Positions 1 through 9,463 are shown, counted from the stretch's first letter. The stretch: DNA of 64,000 nt from Candidatus Babeliales bacterium (GCA_963701665.1 OY969622.1:224001-288000), one strand, 5' to 3'. Notes: generated by a model from the sequence alone, not told the origin. Program-made: numbers and translations.

Positions 1-31
1 TAGTGATTTTTATAATCAAATAAGAGTAATA

Positions 32-274
32 TTACCAAAATCTTTTTTTTGTGAAAGCTTTTCCAGCAAAAGTTTTTAGATAATGTTCAAATTCTTTCGC
101 TTTGGATTTATCAACGAAACAAATATAAAGCACTAGCTCCCAAGGTCTATAGCTTGCTGTGTAAATGGAACCACCAGAATTATGGGTTTCAAGTCTTTGT
201 TCTAAGTTTGTGGTATAACCTGCATACATTCGATCTGGGAACGCTGTTGATTTGATAAGATATACATAATACAT
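32..274 (-). CDS. GIY-YIG nuclease family protein (small standalone type)
   Basis: YYVYLIKS...YAGYTTNLEQRLETHN and the FE..LK motif match the GIY-YIG pattern; 80 aa. Confidence 0.85.
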   Translation of the reverse strand: MYYVYLIKSTAFPDRMYAGYTTNLEQRLETHNSGGSIYTASYRPWELVLYICFVDKSKAKEFEHYLKTFAGKAFTKKRFW

Positions 275-300
275 GGTTGAAATTAATGTTTTGCGAAGCC

Positions 301-438
301 GTCCATTCTTCGCTTTAGGGTAAAACTTCGAAGTGTTATAAAGCTACGAAGGACAATCTTCGCCTTCATTTTGCTGGCGACAGCCAATCGTAGCCGTAGG
401 TCAACTTCGTAGTATTAACCCACGTAGGCGAAGATTGG
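301..438. repeat. Nested palindromic (REP-like, CGTAG...CGAAG) element upstream of the GIY-YIG gene
   Basis: AATCTTCGCC (355-364) is the inverse of GGCGAAGATT (427-436); imperfect IR GTCCATTCTTCGCTTTA / TAAAGCTACGAAGGAC. Confidence 0.6.
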
Positions 439-608
439 CGTTACCTAGTGGATGCAATCTTAAATCATGAGCTTGAATTTAGCACGGGAGTGCAAGTCAT
501 AAAAACCGTTTGTACTAGCTTAAAAATTGAGGTTAATAGGTAATAAAAGTCTAAACTATTATTTACTAATCCTAATTACAGGTTAGTTTGCTAAAATAAA
601 TGATACTA

Positions 609-643
609 TTGAAAACTTCTCTATAAAGTAGTATACTATAGAG
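609..643 (+). promoter_or_regulatory. Sigma70 promoter with overlapping operator for the TA operon
   Basis: TTGAAA(609-614)-17 bp-TATACT(632-637); inverted repeat CTCTATA(619-625)/TATAGAG(637-643) brackets the -10. Confidence 0.6.
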
Positions 644-681
644 TAGTGATACTATTCTTCACCTGATGAGGCAAAACACTT

Positions 682-1002
682 ATGAGTAAATGGCAGATCG
701 AATATTGGGATAGTTCAAAAGATAAAAGTTCCATTGAAAAATGGCTTGATGAATTGACCAAAGACCAGCTTAAGTCGGTAGCCAAAGAATTAAGGATGCT
801 AGAAGAAGCAGGTAACAAGTTAAAATTGCCACATAGTAGGCCTTTAGGTGATGGGCTTTTTGAATTACGAGAACGTAGGTATGGTTATAGAATTTATTAC
901 GGATTTTCTGGCAAACATTTAATTATTTTGCTTGCGGCCGGAAATAAAACAAGCCAAGAAAGAGATATGAAGATCGCTAGGGAGCGATTATCAAAACTAT
1001 AA
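682..1002 (+). CDS. Type II toxin, RelE/ParE superfamily (HigB/Gp49-like)
   Basis: LPHSRPLGDGLFELR...YRIYY...IILLAAGNK.SQERD..IARER; toxin-first gene order. Confidence 0.85.
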   Translation: MSKWQIEYWDSSKDKSSIEKWLDELTKDQLKSVAKELRMLEEAGNKLKLPHSRPLGDGLFELRERRYGYRIYYGFSGKHLIILLAAGNKTSQERDMKIARERLSKL

Positions 1003-1012
1003 GGAAAAGAAA

Positions 1013-1342
1013 ATGAGTGAAAAAAAAATTATGAAAACAAAAAGTTTTCAAAAATATCTTGAAAAGCGTCTCGATAAAGATGAGATTGCTGAAATTGAAG
1101 AACAAGCTCTGTTAGAAATTAAAATTCTTCAATCTATGCAGAAGTCAATATCAGATGCTATGACTGATTATATGAACAAAAATAACATTGGCTTTAATGA
1201 GCTCGTTAGGCGCTTAGATACAAGTCCAGCACATGTAGCAAAAATACAAAAGGGCGAAGCTAATCTAACTGTATCTAGCTTGGCGCATATTTTGGCATTG
1301 CTCGGAAAAGAGCCGCAAGATGTTTTTAAAAACAAAAAATAA
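1013..1342 (+). CDS. XRE/Cro-HTH antitoxin (HigA-like)
   Basis: HTH segment ELVRRLDTSPAHVAKIQKGEANLTVSSL, directly after the toxin. Confidence 0.8.
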   Translation: MSEKKIMKTKSFQKYLEKRLDKDEIAEIEEQALLEIKILQSMQKSISDAMTDYMNKNNIGFNELVRRLDTSPAHVAKIQKGEANLTVSSLAHILALLGKEPQDVFKNKK

Positions 1343-1348
1343 CTTTTA

Positions 1349-1564
1349 ATGGCTAAAGAATTAAAAGAATTCAAACATTATTTTGCAGAAAAACTCAGAG
1401 ATCCTGAGTATGCAATCGCATATCTTAATGAAGCATTAGCAGATGAGGATAAACGAGTTTTTTTAGTAGCGCTTAAAAATGTTATAGAAGCTTACGAAGA
1501 AAATAAAAGCCCTCTAGAAAAAAAGCTTATACTGAGGAAGTTTAAAGAAGATTATTTTCAATAA
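1349..1564 (+). CDS. Addiction-module antidote-like protein (N-terminal part, no HTH)
   Basis: LRDPEYAIAYLNEALADED...FLVALKNV resembles HI1420-type antidote N-termini; only 71 aa. Confidence 0.55.
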   Translation: MAKELKEFKHYFAEKLRDPEYAIAYLNEALADEDKRVFLVALKNVIEAYEENKSPLEKKLILRKFKEDYFQ

Positions 1565-1782
1565 AATATAAAGCTCTACCTAATAAGCCTTTACAAAAAA
1601 ATGATTTTTGTAATTCTTCTATTTTTACAGCTTGATATTTTTTTTTTGAAATTGACCACCAATGATCACTAAGCTCAATGCTAATGCTATTACAGCTATT
1701 CTGAGGTTCGTGAGGATTACTTTCCATTCTACAAATAATACCTAAGCTTTTTTCAATAAGCATTTGTAATTTATAATTCTTA

Positions 1783-2705
1783 GAGCCTATCTGAAAACTC
1801 TAAGTACTTGAAAAAATAAATAAAAAAAATAAAATCCCTCTTGAAGTTATCACACAAACAAAAAGGGATTTTTTCATATGAAGCATTTAAATTACAAAGA
1901 AATGATACCATCAAAATATGTCATATCTGACGAACTTTTACAAGAATTTCATAACGTTATATCAACAAATATTCCACCAAGTAAAATAGGCCGGCCACGT
2001 TCTGATGATGGCCCATTAATTGCTGGGATATATTATTTGCTTAGAACAGGATGCCAATGGGATGCGCTTCCCAAGTGCTTTGGCCCCGCAAAGACTGTTT
2101 ATCATAGATTTAGAGAATTGGTCAAAGCTAATGCTTTTCAAAAAATTTGGAAATCGGTTTTAACGCACTATGATCGAACCAAAGGACTTTGTCTTGAAAA
2201 TCAATCTATGGATTCATGTCATAAAAAGGTTCCGCTTGGAGGAGATAAAACAGGGATCAGCCCGGTTGATAGAAGAAAATTAGGTTCAAAATTAAATCTT
2301 GTTGTAGAAGAATATGGACTACCTCTTGGTGCTACACTTGCAAGTGAAAATCGACATGACACGCAATTATTTGTTTCCCTTGTCGATAATTTACAGCATC
2401 AAATTCCACAATCAAGAAATCATTATCTTCGAACCGATAAGGGCTTTGTTTCTAAAAAAAATAAGGCAGAAGCTATTAAAAGAAACTTCACGCCTATCAT
2501 GCCATTAAAAAAACCAAAAAATAAACCTCGAGTTACGCAAAAAAAAGATCCAATACGATGGGTCGTTGAAAGAACATTTTCTTGGATGAATCGATTCAGG
2601 CGTGTTTTTATTCGTTATGACAAGCTATCTAAAAATTTTCTTGGATTAGTTCAATTCGCTTGTCTAGTCATTGTTTTCAGAAAAATTTAGTTTTCAGACA
2701 GGCTC
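1783..2705 (+). mobile_element. IS5-family insertion sequence (923 bp)
   Basis: Terminal IRs GAGCCTATCTGAAAACT / AGTTTTCAGACAGGCTC (16/17 match), with TA on both sides. Confidence 0.9.
1878..2690 (+). CDS. IS5-family DDE transposase
   Basis: GRPR...LRTGCQW..LP..FG...TVYHRF, DKG and RWVVERTFSW motifs; single 270-aa ORF. Confidence 0.92.
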   Translation: MKHLNYKEMIPSKYVISDELLQEFHNVISTNIPPSKIGRPRSDDGPLIAGIYYLLRTGCQWDALPKCFGPAKTVYHRFRELVKANAFQKIWKSVLTHYDRTKGLCLENQSMDSCHKKVPLGGDKTGISPVDRRKLGSKLNLVVEEYGLPLGATLASENRHDTQLFVSLVDNLQHQIPQSRNHYLRTDKGFVSKKNKAEAIKRNFTPIMPLKKPKNKPRVTQKKDPIRWVVERTFSWMNRFRRVFIRYDKLSKNFLGLVQFACLVIVFRKI

Positions 2706-2708
2706 TAA

Positions 2709-3130
2709 TTATGTTCTTGGATTAATGGTAGGAGCATTAATGTGCCATTGCACTGTTCCGTTAACACCAGGAGCTGGTTTTGTAGTAAGCTCAATAGTGG
2801 CATCATCACATATTATTACAGGTACTTTTCCTTCATTATTAAAATCTCCACCATCGGTATTATACTTAGTAATATCAGTTCCTGGTTCCCCTTCAAAAAG
2901 CCTTATAAATTTAGCACATCGATTTCCACCTGCATTTAATTGTGCAGTTTTCCCCGGCTGGATAGCATCCTTGGTAACTAATGTTTCCACAAACTTATTA
3001 CGATTATCTCTTCTGTATACATCGATGGCAACTTTTACAGAGCGACTACCGCTATTTTTAATAGTAAAATTTGCCCCATGCATTCCAGAGAAAGTTGCTA
3101 ATAATAAAGTACGATAACAATTGTTTTCAT
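2709..3130 (-). CDS. Small probably secreted beta-rich protein (island cargo) with an apparent 1-nt frameshift near 3107
   Basis: ORF 2709-3083; one extra T in the short T run would give a signal peptide MKTIVIVLLLLATFSGMHG from the ATG at 3130. Confidence 0.55.
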
Positions 3131-3333
3131 TGCAATCATGCTTTTTCCCTTAAATTTTAATAATTAGTTCTTTTTATTATTTATAGAATATCAATATTTA
3201 TAGGTTGCCATAAAAATAGTACAAAGAGCAATGATTTATATTGCATTTTCCAACTGTTATTATTGCATTGTTTCATGATAAACTATGAAACATTTTAATA
3301 GATCGTCTGGAATCCCTAATAGAGATACTCATC

Positions 3334-4788
3334 ATGAAAGCAATTTTAATCGCCCGTGTAAGCACAGAAGAACAGAAAGAAGCTGGCAATTCTCTTCCAG
3401 CGCAAGTCGCTCGTCTTGAGAAATATTGCCAAGTCAGAAATTTTCCCATCATTAAAAGTTTTAGCTTTGATGAGAGTGGCTATAAAAACCAACGAGAAGC
3501 ATTCGATGCAATTTTAGATTTTGTACTCGAGCAACGTGAGAAAGTAGCCGTGTGTTGCGACAAAGTCGATCGCCTTTCTCGTAATATATTCGATAAACGA
3601 GTGTCTACGCTCTATGAAAAAGCATTGCAAGATCAGCTAGAGCTGCATTTTGTTTCTGATGGACAAGTTATTAATAGTCGTATTTCAGCCGTTGAAAAGT
3701 TCCAATTTGGGATTAGTTTAGGATTGGCAAAATATTATTCTGATGCCATCAGCGATAACGTTAAAAGAGCCATAGAGCAAAAATTGCGCAAAGGCGAGTG
3801 GATTGCCAAAGCGCCCTATGGGTATAAAAATATTCTCCTAGGGGATAAAAAAGATATCTGTGTTGATGAGTATGCAAAGCACATAATACACAAAGTATTT
3901 GAACTCTACGCAACGGGAGCCTTTTCTTTTGAGCTTTTATGCAAAAAATTAAAAGATGATCATAACATTGTGTGGAGTGTAAGTTATATTGATAAAGTTT
4001 TTAACAACCATTTTTATTATGGTGTCATGGTTGTTAACGGCCAACAATATCCTCATAAATATCCTCCCCTAATTTCTCAAGCACTTTTTGAAAAGGTTCA
4101 GCTTATGAAAAAAAGTCTCAGCAAAAAACAAAGCAGATATGCAGGAAAGCCTTTTCACTATCGCGGACTTTTGCGTTGTGATGATTGTGGATTTGCCATT
4201 ACGCCAGAAAAGCACAAGGGTCATGTCTATTATCATTGCACTGAATTCAAGGGCAAGCATGGGGCAAAATGGCTGCGAGAAGAGGCAATCACCGAACAAC
4301 TAGGAGCTATCTTTAAAAGTTTGCAAATGCCTGAAGAAGTCTTAAAACAAATCACTGAGACATTAACTGAAGTTCATGAAAATAAGATTGCCTTCCAAAC
4401 AAAACAATTCGATACGCTCACTAGGGAACAAAAAGAAGTCACAAAAATGATGGATAATTTATACCTTGATAAACTCAAAGGGAGAATTACTGAGAGCGCG
4501 TATGACAGATTTTACCAAAAATTCAGAGATCAGATCACGGATATTTCTATTAGATTAGAGCAATTACAAGAAGCAGAAGATCACTACTATATTACGGTAA
4601 AATACCTACTAGAGCTGACAACGCGTGCCTATGACCTTTTTATGAGTTCGGAAGTGGAGGAAAAAAGGCAATTAATCAAACTTGTACTATCGAACTTAAG
4701 GCTAAAAGGTGAAACACTCGTCTACGACGCTCATCAGCCGTTTGATTTGATACTAAAAAGTACCGATCAACAACTTTGGCGTCCCTAA
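3334..4788 (+). CDS. Large serine recombinase (integrase)
   Basis: ARVST catalytic motif, DRLSR, PYGY recombinase domain, CxxCG...YYHC zinc ribbon, coiled coil; last codons overlap tRNA-Glu antisense. Confidence 0.92.
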   Translation: MKAILIARVSTEEQKEAGNSLPAQVARLEKYCQVRNFPIIKSFSFDESGYKNQREAFDAILDFVLEQREKVAVCCDKVDRLSRNIFDKRVSTLYEKALQDQLELHFVSDGQVINSRISAVEKFQFGISLGLAKYYSDAISDNVKRAIEQKLRKGEWIAKAPYGYKNILLGDKKDICVDEYAKHIIHKVFELYATGAFSFELLCKKLKDDHNIVWSVSYIDKVFNNHFYYGVMVVNGQQYPHKYPPLISQALFEKVQLMKKSLSKKQSRYAGKPFHYRGLLRCDDCGFAITPEKHKGHVYYHCTEFKGKHGAKWLREEAITEQLGAIFKSLQMPEEVLKQITETLTEVHENKIAFQTKQFDTLTREQKEVTKMMDNLYLDKLKGRITESAYDRFYQKFRDQITDISIRLEQLQEAEDHYYITVKYLLELTTRAYDLFMSSEVEEKRQLIKLVLSNLRLKGETLVYDAHQPFDLILKSTDQQLWRP

Positions 4789-4853
4789 GGGGATTCGAAC
4801 CCCTGTTTTCGCCGTGAAAGGGCGATGTCCTAGACCAGCTAGACGATAGGGAC
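4777..4853 (-). tRNA. tRNA-Glu (TTC)
   Basis: Cloverleaf with GTCCCTA/TAGGGAC acceptor stem, anticodon arm TCGCC-CTTTCAC-GGCGA, GGTTCGAATCC T-arm, encoded CCA. Confidence 0.96.
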
Positions 4854-4930
4854 GTTGATATCAAAGGAGGATTTTTTCTTAATTTTGCAGGTATTTTAAA
4901 GGCCTTAGCAGGGAGGCTGGCGGAGCCAGG

Positions 4931-4969
4931 CGTAGTTTGCCGAGCCGGAAGGCCCGGATAAACGAAGAC
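4931..4969. repeat. CGTAG...CGAAG hairpin abutting the tRNA-Lys 3' end
   Basis: CGTAGTTTG-CCGAGCCGGAAGGCCCGGAT-AAACGAAGAC directly before TGG, the same layout as 389-438. Confidence 0.5.
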
Positions 4970-5045
4970 TGGTGAGCCGCGATGGATTCGAACCATCGAC
5001 CCACAGCTTAAAAGGCTGTTGCTCTACCAACTGAGCTAGCGGCTC
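4970..5045 (-). tRNA. tRNA-Lys (TTT)
   Basis: GAGCCGC/GCGGCTC acceptor stem, ACAGC-CTTTTAA-GCTGT anticodon arm, TTCGAAT loop, CCA; 76 nt. Confidence 0.96.
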
Positions 5046-5089
5046 GAATTCTTAAATAGTTAAGAATTTTTAGCAAAATCAATGACTCC

Positions 5090-5118
5090 ATACTAGTTAT
5101 TTCAGGTATGTTTGTCAA
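5090..5118 (-). promoter_or_regulatory. Sigma70 promoter for tRNA-Lys/tRNA-Glu
   Basis: TTGACA-17 bp-TAGTAT on the minus strand, about 45 nt upstream of tRNA-Lys. Confidence 0.65.
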
Positions 5119-5200
5119 GAAATTACCAGAAAAATAGTGCCCTTTATAATATTTTTTTTCCTGCTAAACTGAATAATATACTATTTTTAGGGGGTTATAA

Positions 5201-5779
5201 ATGCTTAAACAAATTTTTGTAGCATTCTTATCTTTAACTAACTTGTCATATGTTCCTGATACCAAAAGAATTTTGGATCATCATGAAGTCCATGATCAGC
5301 AAAAACATTTCAATCATGACAGTTTTCTTACGTCTTGGAACGATGCTAGCTTTAATATGGAAAGCGCGATGAGCATTGCTTTTGAGAGGTATAAAAATAA
5401 TCTGATAGAGCAACAAGAAGCGAAAACAGATAACTATGATACAACAAGAGAAGAACAAGCCTTAGAAAAATTAGCATCTGAAAATTTAGTTCCGGGTACT
5501 ATTCGTGTGCGATACCATAATGGACGAGGATATATAAGCTCGTATCTTCAATTAGAAAATAGTTATTGTTGGCATTATGGTGACTGCTTTCCTACATTGT
5601 ATCTGCACAATGAAAAAAAATTATCCAATCAAGCAGATACATTAAAAACATTAATTTCTGCTGAAAAAAAACCAAAAGTGACGGTATATTTAAGCCGTAA
5701 ACGTCCTTTACAATTTTCCCAATCTAAAAAAATCTTATATTCAATAGATTTAGATTTTACAAAATCCATCGAGTGTTAA
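5201..5779 (+). CDS. Hypothetical protein with a hydrophobic N-terminus
   Basis: 192-aa ORF with a GGGGG RBS-like site. Confidence 0.7.
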   Translation: MLKQIFVAFLSLTNLSYVPDTKRILDHHEVHDQQKHFNHDSFLTSWNDASFNMESAMSIAFERYKNNLIEQQEAKTDNYDTTREEQALEKLASENLVPGTIRVRYHNGRGYISSYLQLENSYCWHYGDCFPTLYLHNEKKLSNQADTLKTLISAEKKPKVTVYLSRKRPLQFSQSKKILYSIDLDFTKSIEC

Positions 5780-7131
5780 ATTAAACTTTGGAATTCTTGC
5801 CCATCAAATTCTTGAACGCCGTGGTCCACCTGTAGAGTAAGCGTTGATGGCGAATGATTAGCGCGTGCAAAGCTTTCAAATGCGCCCAATGGGTTTGTAT
5901 GCCATCCAACTTTTATAGCAGTGTATCCTGTTGTATTTTCAGGTTTCTCAAATTTATGTCTTTTTTGTTGTAGTATGCCTAAAAGCGTGTGGATGTATGC
6001 TACTTGATTTTGTTGATGATTGATTGAACAGAGCAGAGAAATAAAATTATCAATCTGTCTCATCATTTTTTTTGATTTTTGCGTAGGCAATGCTGTGTCA
6101 TCAATCTTTGCGTCTCTTTGTGCAATGAAAATAGCATTCATATCGCTAAAATCTATCTTGGTTGCATGTTGCTGATTAAGCCCCTTGTTCAAGAAAACAA
6201 TATAGGCTTCTTTTGCTTGATGGAGCAAGTTTGGTGCAGTGATTTGTTCTTTATTGCCAGGATCAATGGCAATAACTAAATGATTTTTTATGGGATTAAT
6301 TTGTTTAAATTCGAAAAATCCTGAGGTATCTGAAAAAACGTTGATGTTGGTTGTGATGCCATTATTTTGAAGATGTGTTCGAAATTCATGAAACAATGAA
6401 CGGCATTCATTATTTTCGCTATATGCTTTATCAAAGCAATATAATCTTTGATGTTGATACCCTCTTTTGCCAAGGATATAGGAAAGCAAATATTCGCTTA
6501 AAAGCAGGCCACTTCCAAAATACTCGCCCGAAAGAGGTTGATGAGCGGTGCACTGATCAGAAGGAAATAATGTTGGTAGTTTTGAAATGACTTTGAGTGT
6601 ACAACCAATTTTATCGTATAAGGTTGCTTTTGTGCACGTACATGTCGCTAGTTGGCGTTCTTCGGCTGGTAGATGAAATTTTTGAAACAATAATTCAACG
6701 CAATAATCTTTAATAGTTTCTTGTATTTCTCGAGAGTCTAGGGTGATGTCTGGATAACGATCGTACAAGGGTACGATTTTTCTGAATTGTTTCTGTGCGA
6801 ATGTTTTATAAAAAATATGTGCTAAAAATAGTTTTGTTGTTTCAGGATCATCTTGAAACAACGGTAATAATCCATTCGCTTTAATTTCTTTTTTTTTGAA
6901 TGATAGGATGTTCTTATCATCAACATCTTCTAGTGCATACTTTTTAAAAGGGGCTTGCGCAACCATAGAGGCGCGCAATTTTTTATAGAGCATATCGACT
7001 GATCGTATGCCCTTGTTATATTCGCAGCAAGTCTTACATTCGGGTTCAGACTCCATGCTTTTAAGTGATGCTGTAAACAATACAATAAGAATTAATACGT
7101 GGGATGCGAAAAGTAGAGGTGTTTTTTTCAT
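5776..7131 (-). CDS. Hypothetical secreted protein (signal peptide + ME motif)
   Basis: 451-aa ORF; MKKTPLL...SLKS-MESE. Confidence 0.75.
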   Translation of the reverse strand: MKKTPLLFASHVLILIVLFTASLKSMESEPECKTCCEYNKGIRSVDMLYKKLRASMVAQAPFKKYALEDVDDKNILSFKKKEIKANGLLPLFQDDPETTKLFLAHIFYKTFAQKQFRKIVPLYDRYPDITLDSREIQETIKDYCVELLFQKFHLPAEERQLATCTCTKATLYDKIGCTLKVISKLPTLFPSDQCTAHQPLSGEYFGSGLLLSEYLLSYILGKRGYQHQRLYCFDKAYSENNECRSLFHEFRTHLQNNGITTNINVFSDTSGFFEFKQINPIKNHLVIAIDPGNKEQITAPNLLHQAKEAYIVFLNKGLNQQHATKIDFSDMNAIFIAQRDAKIDDTALPTQKSKKMMRQIDNFISLLCSINHQQNQVAYIHTLLGILQQKRHKFEKPENTTGYTAIKVGWHTNPLGAFESFARANHSPSTLTLQVDHGVQEFDGQEFQSLI

Positions 7132-7233
7132 AGAGACTTCGTGTGCTTTAAAAATTGTTATTATTTTTTCTGTGACGTTATTTTAATGCATTCTGAGAAA
7201 TATTCAAAAAATATATTGGTTGAAGAGAGATTT

Positions 7234-8589
7234 TTATTTTATAAAGATGCTACTAATGTAACAATAAATGAAAAGACCAAGAATGTCCATGATTGTTGCT
7301 AAAAAGGGACCGGCTGCGAATGCCGGATCAAAATGTAATTTTTTAAGAATGATAGGTATACCACTACCAAGAACAACTGAAACGAGTACAATGAGTGATA
7401 AAGAAACACTCACCACAATACTTCCTAAAAGTTGCCCATACGTAAAGTAAACGCGCGCAAATGAAAAGAGTCCTAATAAAATTGCCATCATAACAGCCAT
7501 GCCTAATTCGCGTCGTAAAAACCGAGGAATATTTGCTTGATGAATTTCCCCTGAAGCCATACCTTGAATAACTAACGCAGATGTTTGGCTACTTGAATTA
7601 CCGCCAGTACTCGTGAGCATGGTAATGAAAAGTATTAAGAAACCTTCTAAGGTTGCTTCATAATTGCGAATAATCATCGTTGAAAGTGATTGTGCCAGCA
7701 AAAGAATGATGAGTATGTAACTACGTTCATAAAGAATTCTAAAGAAAGGCGTTTCAAAATAGGTTTTGGTAATCGGTACCATCGCAGAAATACGATAAAC
7801 GTCTTCGCTTGCTTCTTGCTCGATAATATTGACCAATGTGTCACTCGGAATGACACCCAGAAAAAAATTATTTTTACCTACGACGGGCACTGTCATTAAT
7901 TGATAGTGAATCATCTCTTTTGCAATTTTTTCTTGATCTTCATCAACATTTGCAATGAGTTCATTTTTGAGCATGAAAGAGCTTAAACGCGCGTTTGGGC
8001 TTTTCAGAACGAGGTCTTCGAGACCTATGTGGCCAACTAATTTGTTTTCATGATTGGTGACATAAATTTGTTGATGGAGATCAAGACGAGGTTTTAGACG
8101 TTGTAAAATATTAATACTTTTTTCAACAGTGAAATCTTCGCGCAGGGTGACGACATCGGTATCCATGATACCGCCGGCAGATTGCGGATCAAATTTAAGG
8201 AGCGAAATAACTTGTTGTCGATCGTGCGCATTTAATAAATCTAAATAATCTTTGAGCTCTTCATTTGATAATGAATCAAAAAGATCGGTCAGTTCATCAA
8301 CGCCAGTGGCATTCAGAATCATGATTTTGTCATGACGATCAAGAATAGAAAGCATGAAAATTTTCATGGCATCTGAAAGATAGGTAAAAACACCAACTTT
8401 AAGACGCTTAGGCAAATGCACAATCAGTTCTTGCGCCTGTTCTCGCTCTATATCAGTTAAAAACTGCGCAATATCCGCCGGATGTATTGATAAAAATTGG
8501 TGCCAGATCGTTTTTGTCTCGGGTGTTTCTTGGCGAATCACCGCTTGCATATTATCCTCAACATGTTTCAAAATCATTTTTGAGTTCAT
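7234..8589 (-). CDS. mgtE: Magnesium transporter MgtE
   Basis: HPADIA N-domain, SAGGIM CBS pair, GGNSSSQ and DPA..AGPF.ATI.D membrane motifs. Confidence 0.93.
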   Translation of the reverse strand: MNSKMILKHVEDNMQAVIRQETPETKTIWHQFLSIHPADIAQFLTDIEREQAQELIVHLPKRLKVGVFTYLSDAMKIFMLSILDRHDKIMILNATGVDELTDLFDSLSNEELKDYLDLLNAHDRQQVISLLKFDPQSAGGIMDTDVVTLREDFTVEKSINILQRLKPRLDLHQQIYVTNHENKLVGHIGLEDLVLKSPNARLSSFMLKNELIANVDEDQEKIAKEMIHYQLMTVPVVGKNNFFLGVIPSDTLVNIIEQEASEDVYRISAMVPITKTYFETPFFRILYERSYILIILLLAQSLSTMIIRNYEATLEGFLILFITMLTSTGGNSSSQTSALVIQGMASGEIHQANIPRFLRRELGMAVMMAILLGLFSFARVYFTYGQLLGSIVVSVSLSLIVLVSVVLGSGIPIILKKLHFDPAFAAGPFLATIMDILGLFIYCYISSIFIK

Positions 8590-8902
8590 TATGCATCTCT
8601 TTCAGGTTTGCTGGTTACCTTGTTTCATGATCCTAAAGCATAGTAAAGTGGAGACCTTTTAACATACCAGAATATCTAGTATTGTCCATTTGGGTTAAAA
8701 GTGAGATCGGTCTTTACCCCTACGTTATTTTTCCCCTTTTTGAATTAACATTAATAGGATAATTAAGTGTTACACACTTTGGGGGCTATTTTGCAAGAAA
8801 ATCGTGAAGCAGATAACGAATGTCGCCTTCTCTTACGATTGTTGACAATAGAAAAAAGACGAGCAAAACTATGCGTACGTTTACATAATCTAAGGGGTCT
8901 AC

Positions 8903-9445
8903 ATGAAATATCCAGTATATTTTTCGCTTGTTGTTTTTTGTTTAGTTCATTCTTATAGCCTTGGCATGGATGCAGCACTCGCACTTCTTTATCATCCGTC
9001 ATCAACACAATCAGCATCAAGCCGTTATACATATCAGCCCAATCCTGGCATGGATATTTCATCAGAAAAAATAAAAGAGAATGCGCAACAATTTTTGGAT
9101 CATGTGGATGCTTTTAAAGCCCGCGCAGAAAAAATATTGGATATGGAAAATACTCATCTTTCGAGAGATCAAAGAACATATTTACTAAATTATATGGCTA
9201 GATGCACGAGTATGCGCGTTAGCGTATCTGAAGAGCCGAAATGCGTTTACGAAAAAATATGCCAATTCTCTGCAAGTAGTAACGATGACAATTTTTGGAA
9301 AGAATTAGCGAAAAAGAGAAATATTGATCAGCCGATTTTTTCTAGTCATGAAAAACAAAGATCGGCTTTATATCAATTATTCGAGCAGTTCAAAAAAGAG
9401 CGATTGATCATTGAAGTCCTTAAATCAAATAAATCGGCTCTTTAA
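8903..9445 (+). CDS. Hypothetical secreted protein, paralog of 9464-9994
   Basis: Signal peptide ending SLG-MDA; shares D.FK..AEK.LDM and VY.K.C.F with the next gene. Confidence 0.75.
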   Translation: MKYPVYFSLVVFCLVHSYSLGMDAALALLYHPSSTQSASSRYTYQPNPGMDISSEKIKENAQQFLDHVDAFKARAEKILDMENTHLSRDQRTYLLNYMARCTSMRVSVSEEPKCVYEKICQFSASSNDDNFWKELAKKRNIDQPIFSSHEKQRSALYQLFEQFKKERLIIEVLKSNKSAL

Positions 9446-9463
9446 CGCTACAAAGGAGTTTAC

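Larger units (their letters stand above)
435..4782. mobile_element. Serine-recombinase genomic island integrated at the tRNA-Glu 3' end
   Basis: 7-bp direct repeat TTGGCGT at 435-441 and 4776-4782, the latter covering the tRNA CCA end; contains recombinase, TA genes and IS5; joining the ends extends the recombinase ORF in frame. Confidence 0.75.

Noticed and set aside
1542..1763. 73-aa minus-strand ORF next to IS5
   Set aside because: No recognisable motif or RBS; possibly a remnant, but unsupported.
2671..3117. 148-aa plus-strand ORF
   Set aside because: It starts inside the IS5 end and is antisense to the more gene-like 2709-3083 ORF.
435..4782. Prophage
   Set aside because: No structural, replication or lysis genes; only a recombinase, TA genes, an IS and one cargo gene.
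4676..4996. 106-aa minus-strand ORF
   Set aside because: It runs through both tRNA genes and antisense to the recombinase; a shadow ORF.
8590..8900. Magnesium (M-box) riboswitch upstream of mgtE
   Set aside because: I could not see the conserved motifs or a terminator/antiterminator; a covariance-model scan would be needed.
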